Source: Mobula hypostoma
Lineage: Eukaryota
Direction of reading: 5' to 3'
DNA length: 64,000 nucleotides
NCBI RefSeq assembly: GCF_963921235.1
Contig: NC_086101.1
Span: 53,506,001-53,570,000, forward strand
A program made the translations under genes and the position numbers. Below the pieces are notes generated by a model. The model ran no database searches, was not told the origin of the DNA, and worked only from the letters and a program-made list of their open reading frames with translations. Below are positions 63,496-64,000 of the stretch, one piece after another; the first letter of the stretch is position 1, and each line of letters begins with the position of its first letter.

Positions 63496-64000
63496 TGCTC
63501 CAGAGACTTAAGTGTTATATTTTCCACTGACACACAATTGCTGCACTTTTGGAGTCCTTTTTTTTCAAATATTAGGCTGAAATCCATTTCCTTAAGTGGA
63601 TGTAAAGTACCTTACTGACTGTATTTGATGCAATATTGCTTTGTCACTCACATGGTTTTATTTTTCCTATGCTAACCTTATTTTCTTTATCCAAGCCTTG
63701 CATTTCCACACCCGGAGGTCATAACTTTCCTGAGAATGCACCAACAGTTATATTCCTCTTATTAATACAGATATGGAAACACTATCAAGGCAGATTATGA
63801 ATTAAGTGGTCTACACACTGGTATCCAATATATAGGAGAGCTCTAGCATTGTTGCTTCTAGAAAGAGTGAAGAGATGGCATGCAAGAGGGGAAGGTAGCT
63901 TTGTTTGAGGCAAACACTGCCGGCCTAATAAATCATTTCTAAAGTGTGGAGGACCTCGGTTCCAGTCGAGTTCTGATGCATGGCATACCAACATAGTAGC

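Overview
Eukaryotic, repeat-dominated, non-genic (intergenic or long-intron) DNA. The repeat mix (CR1/HER1-like and Rex1/Babar LINEs, Neptune-type Penelope elements, HE1/V-SINE-like and DeuSINE-like SINEs) points to a cartilaginous fish, probably a ray; this is inference. No intact host gene, rRNA, tRNA gene or CRISPR array is supported. Every long ORF in the track is a fragment or antisense shadow of a retroelement. The window holds many nested, mostly decayed mobile elements: Rex1/Babar (one near full-length, 47772-50708), CR1 (one with ORF1), RTE, Penelope elements with minimal hammerhead ribozyme motifs, two Gypsy relics, several solo LTRs with target-site duplications (TSDs), Harbinger and Tc1 MITEs, SINEs, microsatellites and a 151-N gap. 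Three signals stand out. (1) Three families of about 0.8-1 kb non-coding retroposons carry ETS/YY1-like Pol II-type heads and Rex1-type tails, and one matches both ends of a specific Rex1 subfamily in the window. (2) Hammerhead-bearing Penelope termini appear as stand-alone inserts, including a 165-bp fold-back unit with a 15-bp TSD. (3) A locally repeated, gap-free, coding-looking fossil of unknown family lies at 12.2-16.2 kb. Element boundaries without a stated TSD are approximate, read by eye.
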